Part shown: piece by piece, positions 11,603-23,934 of the stretch
Numbering within the stretch: position 1 is the first letter of the stretch
How the letters are laid out: every line of letters starts with the position of its first letter
Source of the DNA: the human T2T-CHM13v2.0 reference genome, Homo sapiens
NCBI RefSeq assembly: GCF_009914755.1
Contig: NC_060940.1
Direction: 5' to 3' (one strand)
DNA: 64,000 nt
Notes under the pieces: generated by a model
Database searches by the model: none
Seen by the model: only the letters and a program-made list of their open reading frames with translations
What the model was told of the DNA's origin: nothing
Translations under genes and position numbers: made by a program

Positions 11603-14600
11603 AAGAGCATTTTAAACCTGATATTAAAATCTGGCCGAGCGCATGTCCCGGGGCGTAATTGGTGGGCACAGGAATTTGGGTCCTTTGCAAGAAGTGTGGT
11701 ATTCTCCCTTCACAAGGTATTTCTTCCCCAATGTATAAAATGAAAGCAGAAAGGTTTTTAGGTAGCTATTTAAAACTGTTCATGCAACATAATAAATATA
11801 AGACAATTGACCCGTGTTTTAATGTTTATCCGTAAGACGAAGTGCAGCCCGGCTGGTGCAGTGACGCAGGCGGCTTGCTGGAGCCGAGAACACCCACGTG
11901 TGGGGTGATGTTTTCCCACCACGGTGCAGCGGGTTAGCAGCTGACCCGCGCTCCCACCAAACCTAAAACCACTCTCTAATGGGCTTTACGGTATTTACAT
12001 TTTGAATTTTATTTATAGGACACCAGATGTCTGTGTTCACAAGAAAAAAAAAAATCATTTGGAATATAAAATCCCTCCCCTTCCCCGCATTCGTTAGCTG
12101 AGGAGATATTTGCCTTCCCCCCTGCAATGCGGCAGTGGCTCGCAAGCCAGTTCTGAGCTGGGGTTTATGGTCTCTTTGGAGGTTCGGGAGGTGGGAGACT
12201 GCGCATTTGTTCCCATTTTCTGTGTGACCACGGGCGTGCCTTTATTTCTGGGCCACGTTTTCTCCTGAGACTCTTTGCGTCTCTCAGCGACCACCCTCTT
12301 ACTCATTAAACTCTTCTGACACAGAGGAATGGAGCTGGGCAGAAGCTCAAAGCCAGACCTTAAGAAAACTGCTTAAGATCTTACCCAAAAGCCGCAGCGT
12401 CCGGCTGTGAGCTGGGGCAAGCAGATGACTACGTCTTTCCTCCTTCATCCCTGGAAGTGGTCTTAGAATAAAAGTGCTTCAAAAACATAAGTGGATATTT
12501 TTATTCACTTCTTTATTGTTTTCATTGTCAAATAACTTCAGAACATGCAAACCCAACAAGGCACACAGCCCAGCAGCCCTCCTCTGACTGATCTGCCTGA
12601 AACTGCCAGTCATGTCTCGTCTCCAAATCACACAGAAGATTCACACAGCACCAGGGCTTCTCCCCTCTCCCCAGGTCTCTAGCCCAGATTCACTCCTAAC
12701 ACTGAACCTCTCCCAGGGCCCGCCCGCCCAGGAAATTGCCTCCCCTCCCCACAACACAGATAGATGAGCAGCTTATTTTTCAGTGCATACCCACTCCAGA
12801 GGTTCGGCCTGATTCCTTCCTGTAAGTCCTACCGGCCAGCGGTGAGGGCAGCACATGAGATCACCCTGCAGGCGGATTTTAAAGCGCCACAGAGAATGGT
12901 GGCTAGGGAGCAGAGGCCACTGTGGAGCACTCTCTAGGGCCAGGTGTGTTCCAGGTGCATTCTGCATGTCACGTCCATTAACCTCCAGAGGTGTCACAGC
13001 CCCTCTTCTTAGTGAGGCTCCTAACCACTGTGCATACTGCCTGGAGGGACAGTGGCCCCGAAGAAGGACACTGAAAACCTAGGGGTTGAGCAGCCACACC
13101 TGGCACCTGGCCGCTCTGGCTCCGAGGGCTCTGGAGAGAATCACCAGTCCCCAGGCTAAGTTCTGGGTCCCCCAACTTCTAGCTGAATTTCCATATCCAC
13201 ATCCAAAGAAAACAGGCTAAGGATTCCTTCCGTGATTTACTTTGAAGGTCCTTATGAGGCCAGAGGGGAAGGTGTAGTGGCAAGTGTGTGACGACAGAAG
13301 CTGTGAGAGTCTGAAGCCAGGGTGGGTGGGCCGTGTGTTTAATGCCCCTCCCAGGGCCTGGAGGCCAGAGCTGGAGGCCAGGCTTGAGAAGGGCCTCCTC
13401 AGTTCATCAATAAGAGCACAGAGAAGCCTGTTTTTCTTCCCTGCTGTGGCTGTGACAATCTTACACCTCTTGAGCATCAAAAGAGAGAAGCTGAGAGCCA
13501 GAGGAAGGTCATAGCTGCAGGACTCAGTATGTTGCAGGCCGGGGACACCAGGAAGGGAAACCAGAAAGAGGGAGATGAAGGAGGTGAAGATGGGGTTCCA
13601 GGCAGGCAGATAAGAAAGCAGTAGAGTTGAAAAAGCTTTGGGGCTAGATACCTGGGGAGAGCGGAGAAGCCCTGGTGCTGTTAACAGCCAGGCAGAGCTG
13701 AGTGAGGCGGGGTCAGGGGAGAAGGAGGCAGGCGGTGCTCTCTGGAAAGTACCCGGGTGAGGAGAGGCTGGGTGGGTGGCTGGGGGAGGTGGCAGGGATC
13801 TGCCCCACTCTCCTGTCGCTGGCGCTCACTTCTGCTGCAGAGACCTTCGTCTCCTGCTGTTCCTAGCCCAAGGCTCCCCTCCCAGGCCCAGCGGTTCTCA
13901 TTCCCTGGAGAGTTTTACAGCACAGATGCCCCCCAGGGATTTAGAAGAACCTGCGGGCATGCGGCTGCTTTATTGATTGATTGATTTTTACCAGCTCCCA
14001 GGTAATCCTGTGTGCAGCCAGGGCTTGAGAACAGCTCTAAGCCTAAACATCTAGATTCAAACTTAGGAAATACGCTTCCATTTAATGAACTGGAGACTTC
14101 TGAGGTTTTGTTTCTTTAATTCCTGCTCCCTAAGGGTGCCCTGCCAGGGTGGGGGCTCACCCTGGTCCAAGGGTCACAGCAGCCTGCGAGTAGAGCACCA
14201 CTGCGGACTACTCGACACCCGGGATGTGGCGTGAGCTGAGTAGGGGCGCTGGGGACTGGTTCTTCGTGAAGCAGAAACGCTCTCAGCGTGGGAGAGTTTT
14301 CCAGGATGCCCGCCTCTGTTCTGTCCCCTTGTTTGTGGGTCGGGTCTGAAGGAAAGTGACGCGGCCCCTGGTTATCTTGTGCTGGGCCCTACCCTAGCCC
14401 CAGGGCCTTGCTGTCCAAACCAAGAGCATGCACAGGACTGGCCCAAAAGCAACCTCGGGAACGCTCCTTCTCATCAGCGTGGGGCTCTCTTTCTTAGTAA
14501 ACACAGCAAGACAAAACAAAAGAGAAAACTTAAAAGCCTTCTGGGAAAAATTCAAACCTTGTTGAATTAAGATGAATTCCAGTTATTTGTTACAAGTATT

Positions 14601-14678
14601 TACAATGCTACATTGGCCCACTTACTTTTCCGTAAATCACAAACCTCTTCAATGACAGCTAACACACATATATATTTG

Positions 14679-14900
14679 GAGAGAGAGAGGAGAGAGAGAG
14701 AGAGAGAGAGAGAAGATCTAGTGAGTCAGGCACCATTTCAGGAGCCTCACATCGGTTAATCTATTTCACCGTGTCCACCACCCTATGGGGCAGGTATTTT
14801 TTGTGCCCATTTTACAGATGGGGTAAGTGAGGCCCAGAAGACTTGCCCCAAGGCACACAGCTAGTAAGTACCAGAGCTCAGATTCGGCCCCTGACCTCTG
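14679..14900. mobile_element. (GA)n microsatellite followed by a MIR
   Basis: GA run 14679-14713; CCCATTTTACAGATGGGGTAAGTGAGGCCCAGA...CCCAAGGCACACAGCTAGTAAGT. Confidence 0.75.
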
Positions 14901-16144
14901 CAGGGCAGTGGTGCTGAGAAGAGAGAAGGGCACTATTATTAAATTGGAAAACGTGATGATTATTTAAGAGAGTTTCTTAAGTGGTGTCCTCAGAGCCACA
15001 GCCCCAGCCAGTTCTGCTGCTCTGGGAGTCACTTTTCCTTTCTGAGGTCTGAGTTTCCTCTTCCATAGCTGGGATTAGCAGCGCCTGCTGTGGGGTGGCC
15101 CCGCGATGTGGCACCCGCTGCACCTCTCTCCCCTGTGCACCCGCCCAGGCCTCCAACACCGATTTCCTCCTCTATTCTTTCTGGTTCCTGAGCCCTGAGG
15201 GTTTGAATTGTGCGGAGCTAGGGTCTGTTTGTTCTCAGGGAAGAGGAGAAACCTTTCTGGAAATATCAAACCAATTTTTGCTGGGACAACACATGAGGCT
15301 TGAGACAAAAACACGGCAACAAAACAAAAATTGGAGCAGGCTTAGAAAAGAAGTAGGACCCCAGCTGGCGAGGGAGGCCCTCTGTCTTTTGGATGATGGG
15401 AATGAGGTGAACTTTCAGCTCCAGCTTCTCCCTAAGATGGCGGGAGGACACACAGGCCCCTCGCTCTGCAAAGCTTTGGGGAGTCTCTGAATCCCAGACA
15501 CTCCAGAGGACACCGGTGGCTGACTGCTTTTCCTTGGGGGAGATGATGGTTTGCACAGAGCCCGGCCCCAAAGCCAGCATCCCTGCAGCCTGTGTGGCCA
15601 GGGCAGGGTCCTGCCTCTCCAGGGGTGGGCAGGACTGGGCTATAGCAACCCCTGTCCAGGACGTGTCCTTTAGTCCCCTCCCTTCCGCCAGCAACCTCCA
15701 GGTCCGAGACCCACCGCTCAACCTCAGCTCTAGGTGCTCCTCTCTTGTCAACTGTGAAGTGGGCTTCATCCTGCCTCTGAAGTGTGGTTATGGGGATTAC
15801 CTGAGATAATGCTTGATGCTTGTAAAAGGTCAGTACAGAGCCTCCCAGAACCCTCCACAAAGTCATAACAATAAAAAACAAACAGCACGTGGGGCCCTTG
15901 CTCATTAACATCTCCTTCTCACACCAACCGGAGGAGGCGGTCACCACCACAAACCCATTTGTCAGATGTCAGCACTGAGGCCCAGGGCAGTGATAGCGTT
16001 CGACCGAGGCCACGGGTGGAGCTGAGATCTGAACCCAGGTGGTCTGGCTCCAGGGCTGTTTGTTCACCATCGGCCTCTCCAGGCGCTTGACAGATGGGAG
16101 CCATTGTTACTATTTTGGCTTCGGTTAAAGATTTTTTTTTTTTA

Positions 16145-16310
16145 ATTTTTAAAAAACGTTTTATGCTGAGATAATGGTAGATTCCTAGGCAGGTGTGAGG
16201 AGTAACACGGAGAGATCTCTGTACTCTTCACCCAGTTTCTCCCACTGGTAACATCTTTCATACCACAGTGCAGTGTTACCACCAGGATGCTGACCTGGAT
16301 GCAACCCACT
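16145..16310 (-). mobile_element. L1MC-type 3' fragment
   Basis: GAGATAATGGTAGATTC...GAGAGATCTCTGTACTCTTCACCCAGTTTCTCCCACTGGTAACATCTT; related to the copy at ~31000. Confidence 0.6.
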
Positions 16311-16532
16311 CGCGGGTTTAATATGTGTTTAGCATATTCAGGAAAAATGTTGACAAAGAACCCAGAGCTAGGTGAAGTGCAGACGATGCTGTTCGGACCC
16401 ACCCCTTCCAACCTATACCTCGTATTTGCAGGCATTTCCTGCACCACCTGACACCACTCTGAATCTCTGATATATACCTTCCCCCATGAGAATGCAGGTT
16501 CCATTAAGCAGGTAGTTTTTGCCTGTTAGGTC

Positions 16533-17364
16533 TGTTAATGGTGGAGAATCCGTATCCAGAAGGTCTGTGGCAACTTCGATTCTTGCCTCCTCAGAAGGAA
16601 GAATTCGACTGAGGGGCATAAAGCACAAGGAGAGACCAAGGCCAGTTTTAAAGCAGGAGTAAAAGTGTATTAGAAAGCTTCAGAGCAAGAAGGAAAGGAA
16701 GGAGAGTATCCTTGGAAGGGGGCCAAGTGGGTGACTTGAGAGATCAAGTGCATAGCTTGACCTTTTGACCTGGGGCTTTCTATGTTGGTGTACTTCCGGG
16801 TATTGCGTTACCTTTTTTTCTTTTTCTTCTTTTTTTTTTTTTTGGAGATGGAGTCTCGCTCTGTCGCCCAGGCTGGAGTGCAGTGGCGCCATCTTGGCTC
16901 AAGGCAAGCTCCGTCTCCTGGGTTCACGCCATTCTCCTGTCTCAGCCTCCCGAGTAGCTGGGACTACAGGCGCCCACCACCACGCCCGGCTAATTTTTTG
17001 TATTTTTAGTAGAGACGGGGGTTTCACCGTGTTAGCCAGGATGGTCTCGATCTCCTGACCTCATGATCCACCGGCCTCGGCCTCCCAAAGTGCTGGGATT
17101 ACAGGTGTGAGCCACTGCGCCCCGGCCAGTCTTGCGTTACTTCTGACTCCTGGGATCTTATTGGGAAGTAGCTGATCACCAGTTTCAGGTGTCTTCTATC
17201 TGCCAGGAGAAGGCCGGTCCCTGGCACCAGCTGTGACCAATTAGTACTTTAGCGAGACAGTAACAACCACCTGACCATCAGCTGATGGCTGTCTGACACT
17301 CCTGGTGTGTGTGGGGGAGCCCTCTTTTGCCCCGCTCATACCTGACTAACTACCCGCTGTAACA
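16533..17364 (-). mobile_element. MER66-like ERV1 solo LTR, interrupted by AluY
   Basis: TG...CA termini (TGTTA...TGTAACA); diagnostic AAGAATTCGACTGAGGGGCATAA and CCTGACCATCAGCTGATGG segments. Confidence 0.7.
16813..17127 (-). mobile_element. Full-length AluY
   Basis: Poly-T head, Y-type GCAAGCTCC...GTTCACGCCATTCTCC and GTGTTAGCCAGGATGG; imperfect TSD with core TTGCGTTAC at 16803 and 17132. Confidence 0.92.
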
Positions 17365-18147
17365 GCTTCACTGTCATATCTCCACTGCCCAGAACCATGT
17401 CTAACATAGGAGGCTTTAGTAAATATTTTTGAATGGATGAATGAATGAAGTTTTCTTACAGAATGACTCCACCTTTCTGAGCTCCACTGAAAAATCTGTA
17501 CAACAGGCCTAATACTCCCCACGGGCAGGGTGGTGGTGAGGACGAGGCCATGTGAGGTGTCCAGTGTCCAGGACACGGCGTCTGGTGGGGGCTGCACAAT
17601 CGGCGAGCTGCACATTCACCCCGAGTGCCCAGGAAAACCCCCTCGGTGTCTCCAGCCTTCTGTCGCGGCTCTCAGGGGCCTCTGTGGTTTCTCAAACCTC
17701 TTAATGGCCTGTAATCTTTCAACAGTTAAGAGTATTGCTAATAAGAGATTTGAGAACAATTTGCATCTCTTGAAAGAGGCTGGATTTCTAGAGGGTGGCA
17801 TAGGTTTAAGTACCATGCACGAAGTCTTCGCTAATTCTGCTGACTTGAAATAATAAACAGCTTAACACCCTCCATTGTTCTGGGGCCTAATGAAAACCAA
17901 GTAGGCCTTCAGCCTGGGAAGCCCGCTAGGGTTCAGGAGAACAGCTGGGAGCCGAGGCCTCAAAGCTGATGACGCTTCCTGCTCATCTCCACAGGACAGG
18001 GAGTCAGTACATCTCATCAGAAGTGAGTACGTTATTTCTCCCAGTCTTTCCAGCTTTCTGATTACATCAAGGAGAAAGTGTTCCTTCAATGTTATTCTGT
18101 CTTACACCTTCCTAGCAGGGGCTGCCTTTTCCTTTTAAGAAAAAGCA

Positions 18148-18297
18148 GGCCAGCTGAGGTGGTTCACGCCTATAATCCCAGTACTTTGGGAGGCTGAGGT
18201 AGGAGGACTGGCAGGATCACTTGAGCCCAGGAGTTCAAGACCAGTCTGGGCAACATAGTGAGACCCCCATCTCTCTAAAACAAAACAAAAAATAAAA
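18148..18297 (+). mobile_element. Free left Alu monomer (FLAM_C/AluJ left arm)
   Basis: Single Alu arm ending GAGACCCCCATCTCTCT plus A-rich tail. Confidence 0.85.
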
Positions 18298-18454
18298 GCC
18301 AAGGCCTTTGGAGTGGAAATTCATCAGGCTACAGTATCGCTCGAATTCAATAACGTTACTTTGTTTTCACTGAATATAATTTGTATGGTTATGTTGATGG
18401 GTGTTCCTTTCCCATTTACAATTGCCATAGAAAGTTTCCTTTTAAAAAGAAATA

Positions 18455-18675
18455 CATGGGGTACTCATGAACAGAAAGATGGCAGCAATAGAAACTGAGT
18501 GCTACCTGAGGGGAGGGAAAGAGGGGGCCAAGGGCTGAGAAAATAACTGTTGAGTATTATGCTCAGTACCTGGGTGATAGGATCATCAAACCCCAAACCT
18601 CAGCATCATGCAATATTCCCAGGAAGCAAACTTGCACATAAACCTGCTGAGTCTAAAATAAAAGTTTTTAAAAAA
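18455..18675 (+). mobile_element. Old primate L1 3' end (L1PA15-17/L1PB-like)
   Basis: TATGCTCAGTACCTGGGTGA...ACCCCAAACCTCAGCATCATGCAATAT...CTAAAATAAAAGTT. Confidence 0.8.
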
Positions 18676-18713
18676 GATATTTATTAAATGAATTTTTTTA
18701 AGAAAGCAAATGA

Positions 18714-19004
18714 TGCTGGGTGTGGTGGCTCACGCCTGTAATCCCAACACCTTGGGAAGCTGAGATGGGAGGATTGCTTGAGCCCGGGAGTTCGAGACCA
18801 ACCTGGGCAACATAGAAAGACCTCGTCTCTACAAAAAAGTAAAAAAAATTAGCCAAGCATGGTGGCATGCATCTGTAGTCCTGGTTACTCAGGAGGTTGA
18901 GGGAGGAGGATTGCTTGAGCCTGGGAGGTGGAGGCTGCAGTGAGCCATGATCACACCCCTGCACTCCAGACTGGGCAGCAGAGCAAGACCTTGCCTCAAA
19001 AAAA
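18714..19004 (+). mobile_element. AluJ, full-length
   Basis: Dimeric Alu with GGAGGATTGCTTGAGCC in both arms. Confidence 0.92.
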
Positions 19005-19737
19005 TTCAAAGGATAATATCATTTATGTTTATAAATAAATTTTAAAAGTTTAAAAATTAAAGTGAATTTATTTAAAGAAAATTAAGCAGATAAGCACAGG
19101 ATAGCAAAGAGCTGCAGCAAAAATGTTGACAGTTTAGCAGAACTTGAATGATGAGGTTTCAGAAACACTGACCTAGAGATCTTCTGTCTTTACAGTGGGA
19201 AAAGCCAAGGCCCAGAGAGAGGGCAAGTGACTTGGTGGAGGCCACCAGGAGGTCAGTGCCAGAGCACTCACCAGGCCCTCAGTCAGCTGAAGGTGGCCAT
19301 GAGGTGGCCCAGGCATGGCTGTAATTGGCCAGGTGAGGGAAGGGTAGGACCCAGAGCCCAGGGCTCTTCTCCTTCCAGGTGGACCAACGAGTGAACCTGT
19401 GCCACCCAGGATGGGCGGGGGCTGCTGTCCATTCTCTGCTGTGCCCAAGCGCATGGCTCCTCCTTGGAGCTTGGGCAATGTCCGCAGCCATTACCCCAGT
19501 GACATCACAGCCTCAAGGGAGATATTTCATCTCCACTTCCCAGGTGAGACCTGAAGCAGTTCTAGTAAAAGCAAGGCTGCTTGGCCCCTAGAACCCGGTC
19601 TCCTGACCCACAGAATTAGACCAAGACCACTTTCCACAACCCACTCATGCCTCCTGGAAAGATGCGTCTCCACGTGCGATGTTTCAACCTAAAACGTGCG
19701 AGGTGCGATTATCCAACGTGTACCTGTCCTTCCTGCA

Positions 19738-19830
19738 TTTTCCTTTATAACTGTTTTAGTTTACAATGGGCAGAGGTTTAAAAGTTTTCCTTTATAACTG
19801 TTTTAGTTTACAATGGGCAGGGGTTAAAAG
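19738..19830. repeat. Tandem duplication of ~47 bp
   Basis: Two adjacent near-identical copies of TTTTCCTTTATAACTGTTTTAGTTTACAATGGGCAG(A/G)GGTT(T)AAAAG. Confidence 0.95.
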
Positions 19831-20039
19831 TTTTTTTAAAAAATAAAAATGTTTAAGGAGTAATTTATTAATCAATATAACCCTGCCATCCTGGGATTAA
19901 CTGCTTTTGCATTTTGCTATATTTTATTTCTCTTTGTCTCTTTCTCCCTATGTACATTTTAAACCCAGTTTGAATTATTTTATATATAACTTTAGAACGT
20001 TTTTTATGCAATGTTTACTTTTCTTTATTTTTTAAGATA

Positions 20040-20149
20040 GATATATATATATATAAAATATATATATAAAATATATATATATATATATATATATAGCCCC
20101 AAGCAGTTCTTGAAAAACCAAGGTCACTTAGCCCCTAGAACCTGGGAAG

Positions 20150-20194
<45 letters not shown>

Positions 20195-20283
20195 TACATA
20201 CACACACGTATATATATATATATATATACGTGTGTATAGTGCATATATATGTATATATGTGTGTGTGTGTATATATATATATA
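20040..20283. repeat. Compound (TA)n/(CA)n/(TG)n microsatellites
   Basis: TA run ~20041-20095 and TA-CA-TA-TG-TA block ~20149-20283. Confidence 0.95.
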
Positions 20284-20728
20284 TTCCTGTTGTAAAAAAT
20301 GAGGAAGATAAAGTCCAGAGAAGGAAGGTGATTCTGCCCATGAGCAGAAAAGCCAGGACAAAAGCACAGTGAGGACATCAGTTTGGTGTCTCCCTAGTAG
20401 CTCATTTCCTGCTTATTTAAACCATCTCCTATTGTTGGGCACATAGGTTGTTGCCGAATATTCACCTTTATAACTAACGATGCAAATGTAAATTCTTACA
20501 CATAAATCTGTGTGAACCTGCCTGTTGATTTCTTTCTGTAAGTTCCAAATACAGGCATTAACACGAAAGGAGTGACGCATGGAAGTTTCACATCAAGGTT
20601 CCAAGCTCCTGGCGGGAACTTCCACATCACCCTTAGAAAGGTTGTAAGGTCATGTCCACATAACCAAGGCGAGCAGCCACTCATCTCTCTACGCCTTTGG
20701 CAACGCCAAGGATTATGACTTTAACAAC

Positions 20729-20730
<2 letters not shown>

Positions 20731-20763
<33 letters not shown>
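20731..20763. repeat. (TG)16 microsatellite
   Basis: Read directly. Confidence 0.95.
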
Positions 20764-20764
<1 letters not shown>

Positions 20765-20782
20765 GGGGACGAGGGGGATTTA

Positions 20783-20983
<201 letters not shown>

Positions 20984-21704
20984 TCACTTTATAACATCTT
21001 CGTCTTGAACCCGATCCACAAAGGGAGCCTTAAATTCATTAACGAGGCAGTGGGAGAGAAACTACTGGGCTTTAAAAAACCCAGGAGAAACTGGTGATCT
21101 TTCTATAAAAGCATGTAATTCCCTTTGGAGAGTTCAGGCATGGGGGCTGGGACCACCTCTCTGGACAGTTATCAGTCTTTGCTGCCTGTTGAGAATTTGC
21201 TGCAGGGGCCTAATGGGGGCACTGGGAGGCAGCAGAAGAGGCATGAGAGATGCCCTCTGCTGAGACTTGCAGGTGAGGAAATGGCTTGCAAACTCTCCTG
21301 CTGTGGTTGAAAGAAACTTAAGATAAGGGGAGCTCCTCTCTGTTGCAGTGGAGAACCTTCTGGGGCCTGGGGAGTTGTCTGTAGTGCCCACGTGGTCTCA
21401 GGAAGGGCTGAGGAGCTCATGGCTTCCGTGGGTTGGATGTTTGTGAAGTTGGTCCCCTGTGGAAGACACAGAGGCTCAGTGTCTGACCACTGCGCTGATT
21501 TGTCTGAAGTGTCCCTTGGCCACAATGGGAGGAAGAGACAAGGGCCCTACCCTGTGAAAAAATGAAGACAACACAAGAGTGGCTGGTAGGTGGTGCTGCG
21601 CCCTCTTGCCCCATATCACCTAGAGAATCTGCAGTCTCGGGTTCAGGGACTTAACCCACAGCCCTGGGCCTCTGGCTTTCTGCAGCCCCAGGCTCATTTC
21701 TAAT

Positions 21705-22320
21705 ATTTTATTTATTGAAGTGAAATTAACGTACCATAATATGAACCATTTTAAAGTGAACACTTCAGTGGCGTTTAGTACCTTCACACTGTGTGCAACC
21801 ACCACCTCTGTCGAGTTCCAGGACATTTCCATTACCCCAGAAGGAAGCCCTGAGCTCATGAGACGTCATCCCTCATTCTCCCACCTCTCCCCAGCCCCCA
21901 GCTCTCCTACTTTCTGTCTCCACAGATTCGTCTATTCTGGACATTTCGTATGAATGGAATCAAAAAATATGGAATCTTTTTGTGTCTGGCTTAGTTTACT
22001 TCACATAATCTCTTCAAGGTTCATTCATGTTACAGTATATATCAGAATTACTTTCCTTTTATTGCTGAATAATATTCCATCATGTGGATAGACCACATTT
22101 TGTTTATCCACTCACTGCTGATGGACACTTGAGTTATTTCTACTTTTTGGTTGTCATGGCTAGGCTGCTAAGAATATTTGTGTACAGTTTCGCATTAGTA
22201 CCTGTTTTCAGTGGTCACTCTAGGCTTCACTTTTTGAGAAACAGCCAGGTGTTTTCCACAGCGGCTGCACCATCTTGCATTCCCCCCAGCAGTGCTGGAG
22301 CGTTCCAGTTCCTCCAGCCT
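21705..22320 (-). mobile_element. L1MB-type 3' end
   Basis: TTTATTGAAGTGAAATTAAC...TTGTGTCTGGCTTAGTTTACTTCACATAAT...TTATTGCTGAATAATATTCCA. Confidence 0.8.
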
Positions 22321-23604
22321 AGGCTTATTTCAATAGCATCTCTCGAGAGGTGACGCCCTGACTGATCGACGTAAAAATCAATGTGTGGGCCTGCAGGAAA
22401 TGGTGATGCCTCCTACTAGTTATGTAGTCAGCACCCTACACGGGGTCGTGGGACTGCAGCCCCCCTCCAAGTTCTGATGCTGCCATTCCTGGCGGTCTCT
22501 CCGCCTCTCCTCACCTCAGTTTCCAAATGGGGCTACTAAATCCTAGTTGAAGGGCTTTCCTTAGCACAGAGCCGGGAACATAGCGGGCACTCTGCAGAGA
22601 ATGGCTTTCAGGTCTCACCCAGAAAGTGCGAGGGTGCAAGGGGGCTGTGAGTGGTTCCCTGATTTGGGAGCTTACAGATCTTCCATGGTGTTCTCTTTAG
22701 CACACCACGCAGCTGTAACTAAGTCGGAATGTCCCACTGAAGTTATATCTAATGAAGACTGAAAAGAATAACAAAATGGGCTTCTAATGCTTAAGGAAAT
22801 GCCAAAAGGTGGGGGATTTGAGCCAAGTTGGCTCTGACGTTGCCTCTGGTAGAGAGTGTAGTGTGTCCAGGGACAGCCCCACCCAGAATCAACAGCCGTC
22901 CAGGAGTAAGTGGCTGCGGCCACCTCCTGAGCCAGGCAGAGTCTGTATACAACCCTTCAAGGACTAAACAAACGCACTAATTTACTGAAAAAAGGCCTTT
23001 CAGGGCCACCTCTGGCACTGAGGTCTTAGGACTCATGGGACAAAACGAGCATCCATCTTCTGTGACACGTTCCTGTCAACAGTCACCCTAATGGAAACAG
23101 CACTCAACCTAATTGACATGGCAGACTCTTTACTTCCAGGGAGTCCTGCTCTCCTTGGGCAGTGAGGAGGAGCAGAGGGCTCAGGACATGGGGCCTGCAC
23201 GGTGAGGGGCTTGGAGGGATAGGGGACCACAGGGCAGCAGGAGGTGGGGCAGGGAAGGCTCAGGGCAGGAGGGCTGTGGGGTAGGGAAGGCAGTCTGCTT
23301 CCGCTTTCCCAGTTGTCCTGCAGCTCCCTCAGGCTTATGGGATCACAGCCAGCTGTCCCCCTAGAAGTCCAGATACTCGGAGGATGCAAAAGCTGGGTGC
23401 GCTTTAAGGCCTTGGCAACCCCAGTTTTAAAATGCAAGGAGCCCCGGAGAGGAGTCCAGGCAGATGGACTCTCTGAGGATGACAGTGAAACCACCTACAG
23501 AGGCCAGGTTCTGGACTATGCAGTTCTCAACAAGCTGTGGCCGGGGGCCCTTCTCCCATCTCACCAAGAAAATGCTGCAGGATTATTGTGAGATCAAAAA
23601 GAAA

Positions 23605-23840
23605 CAGAAGTTAACTTTTTAAATATTTTAAGCAAATATATCCAAAATATATCACCTGAACCTATAATGAACATAAAAATTATTAATATATTTAAATTCT
23701 TTTTTAAATTGTGATTTGATAATTGTTCAAAATTGGTTAGGTATTTTACATTTACAGCACACCTCACAGTTCAAATCAGGCACATCTCAAGCCCTCAGCA
23801 GCCACGTGGGGAGAGGAGCTGCCATATTGGACCGCATAGG
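23605..23840. mobile_element. MER33/MER3-like hAT-Charlie element
   Basis: AATATATCCAAAATAT...ACATCTCAAGCCCTCAGCAGCCACGTGG...GCTGCCATATTGGAC. Confidence 0.65.
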
Positions 23841-23873
23841 CCTACCAGGGAAAGGCCCACCTCTAGCAGCAGG

Positions 23874-23934
23874 ATTTCCTGTGCCAGGACTTCCTGGGGT
23901 GGAACTTCCTGGGACGGGACTTCCTGTTTTGTTT
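23874..23934 (-). promoter_or_regulatory. Homotypic cluster of four ETS motifs at 15-bp period
   Basis: A(T/C)TTCCTG at 23874, 23889, 23904 and 23919; a fifth at 24043. Function inferred. Confidence 0.5.
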
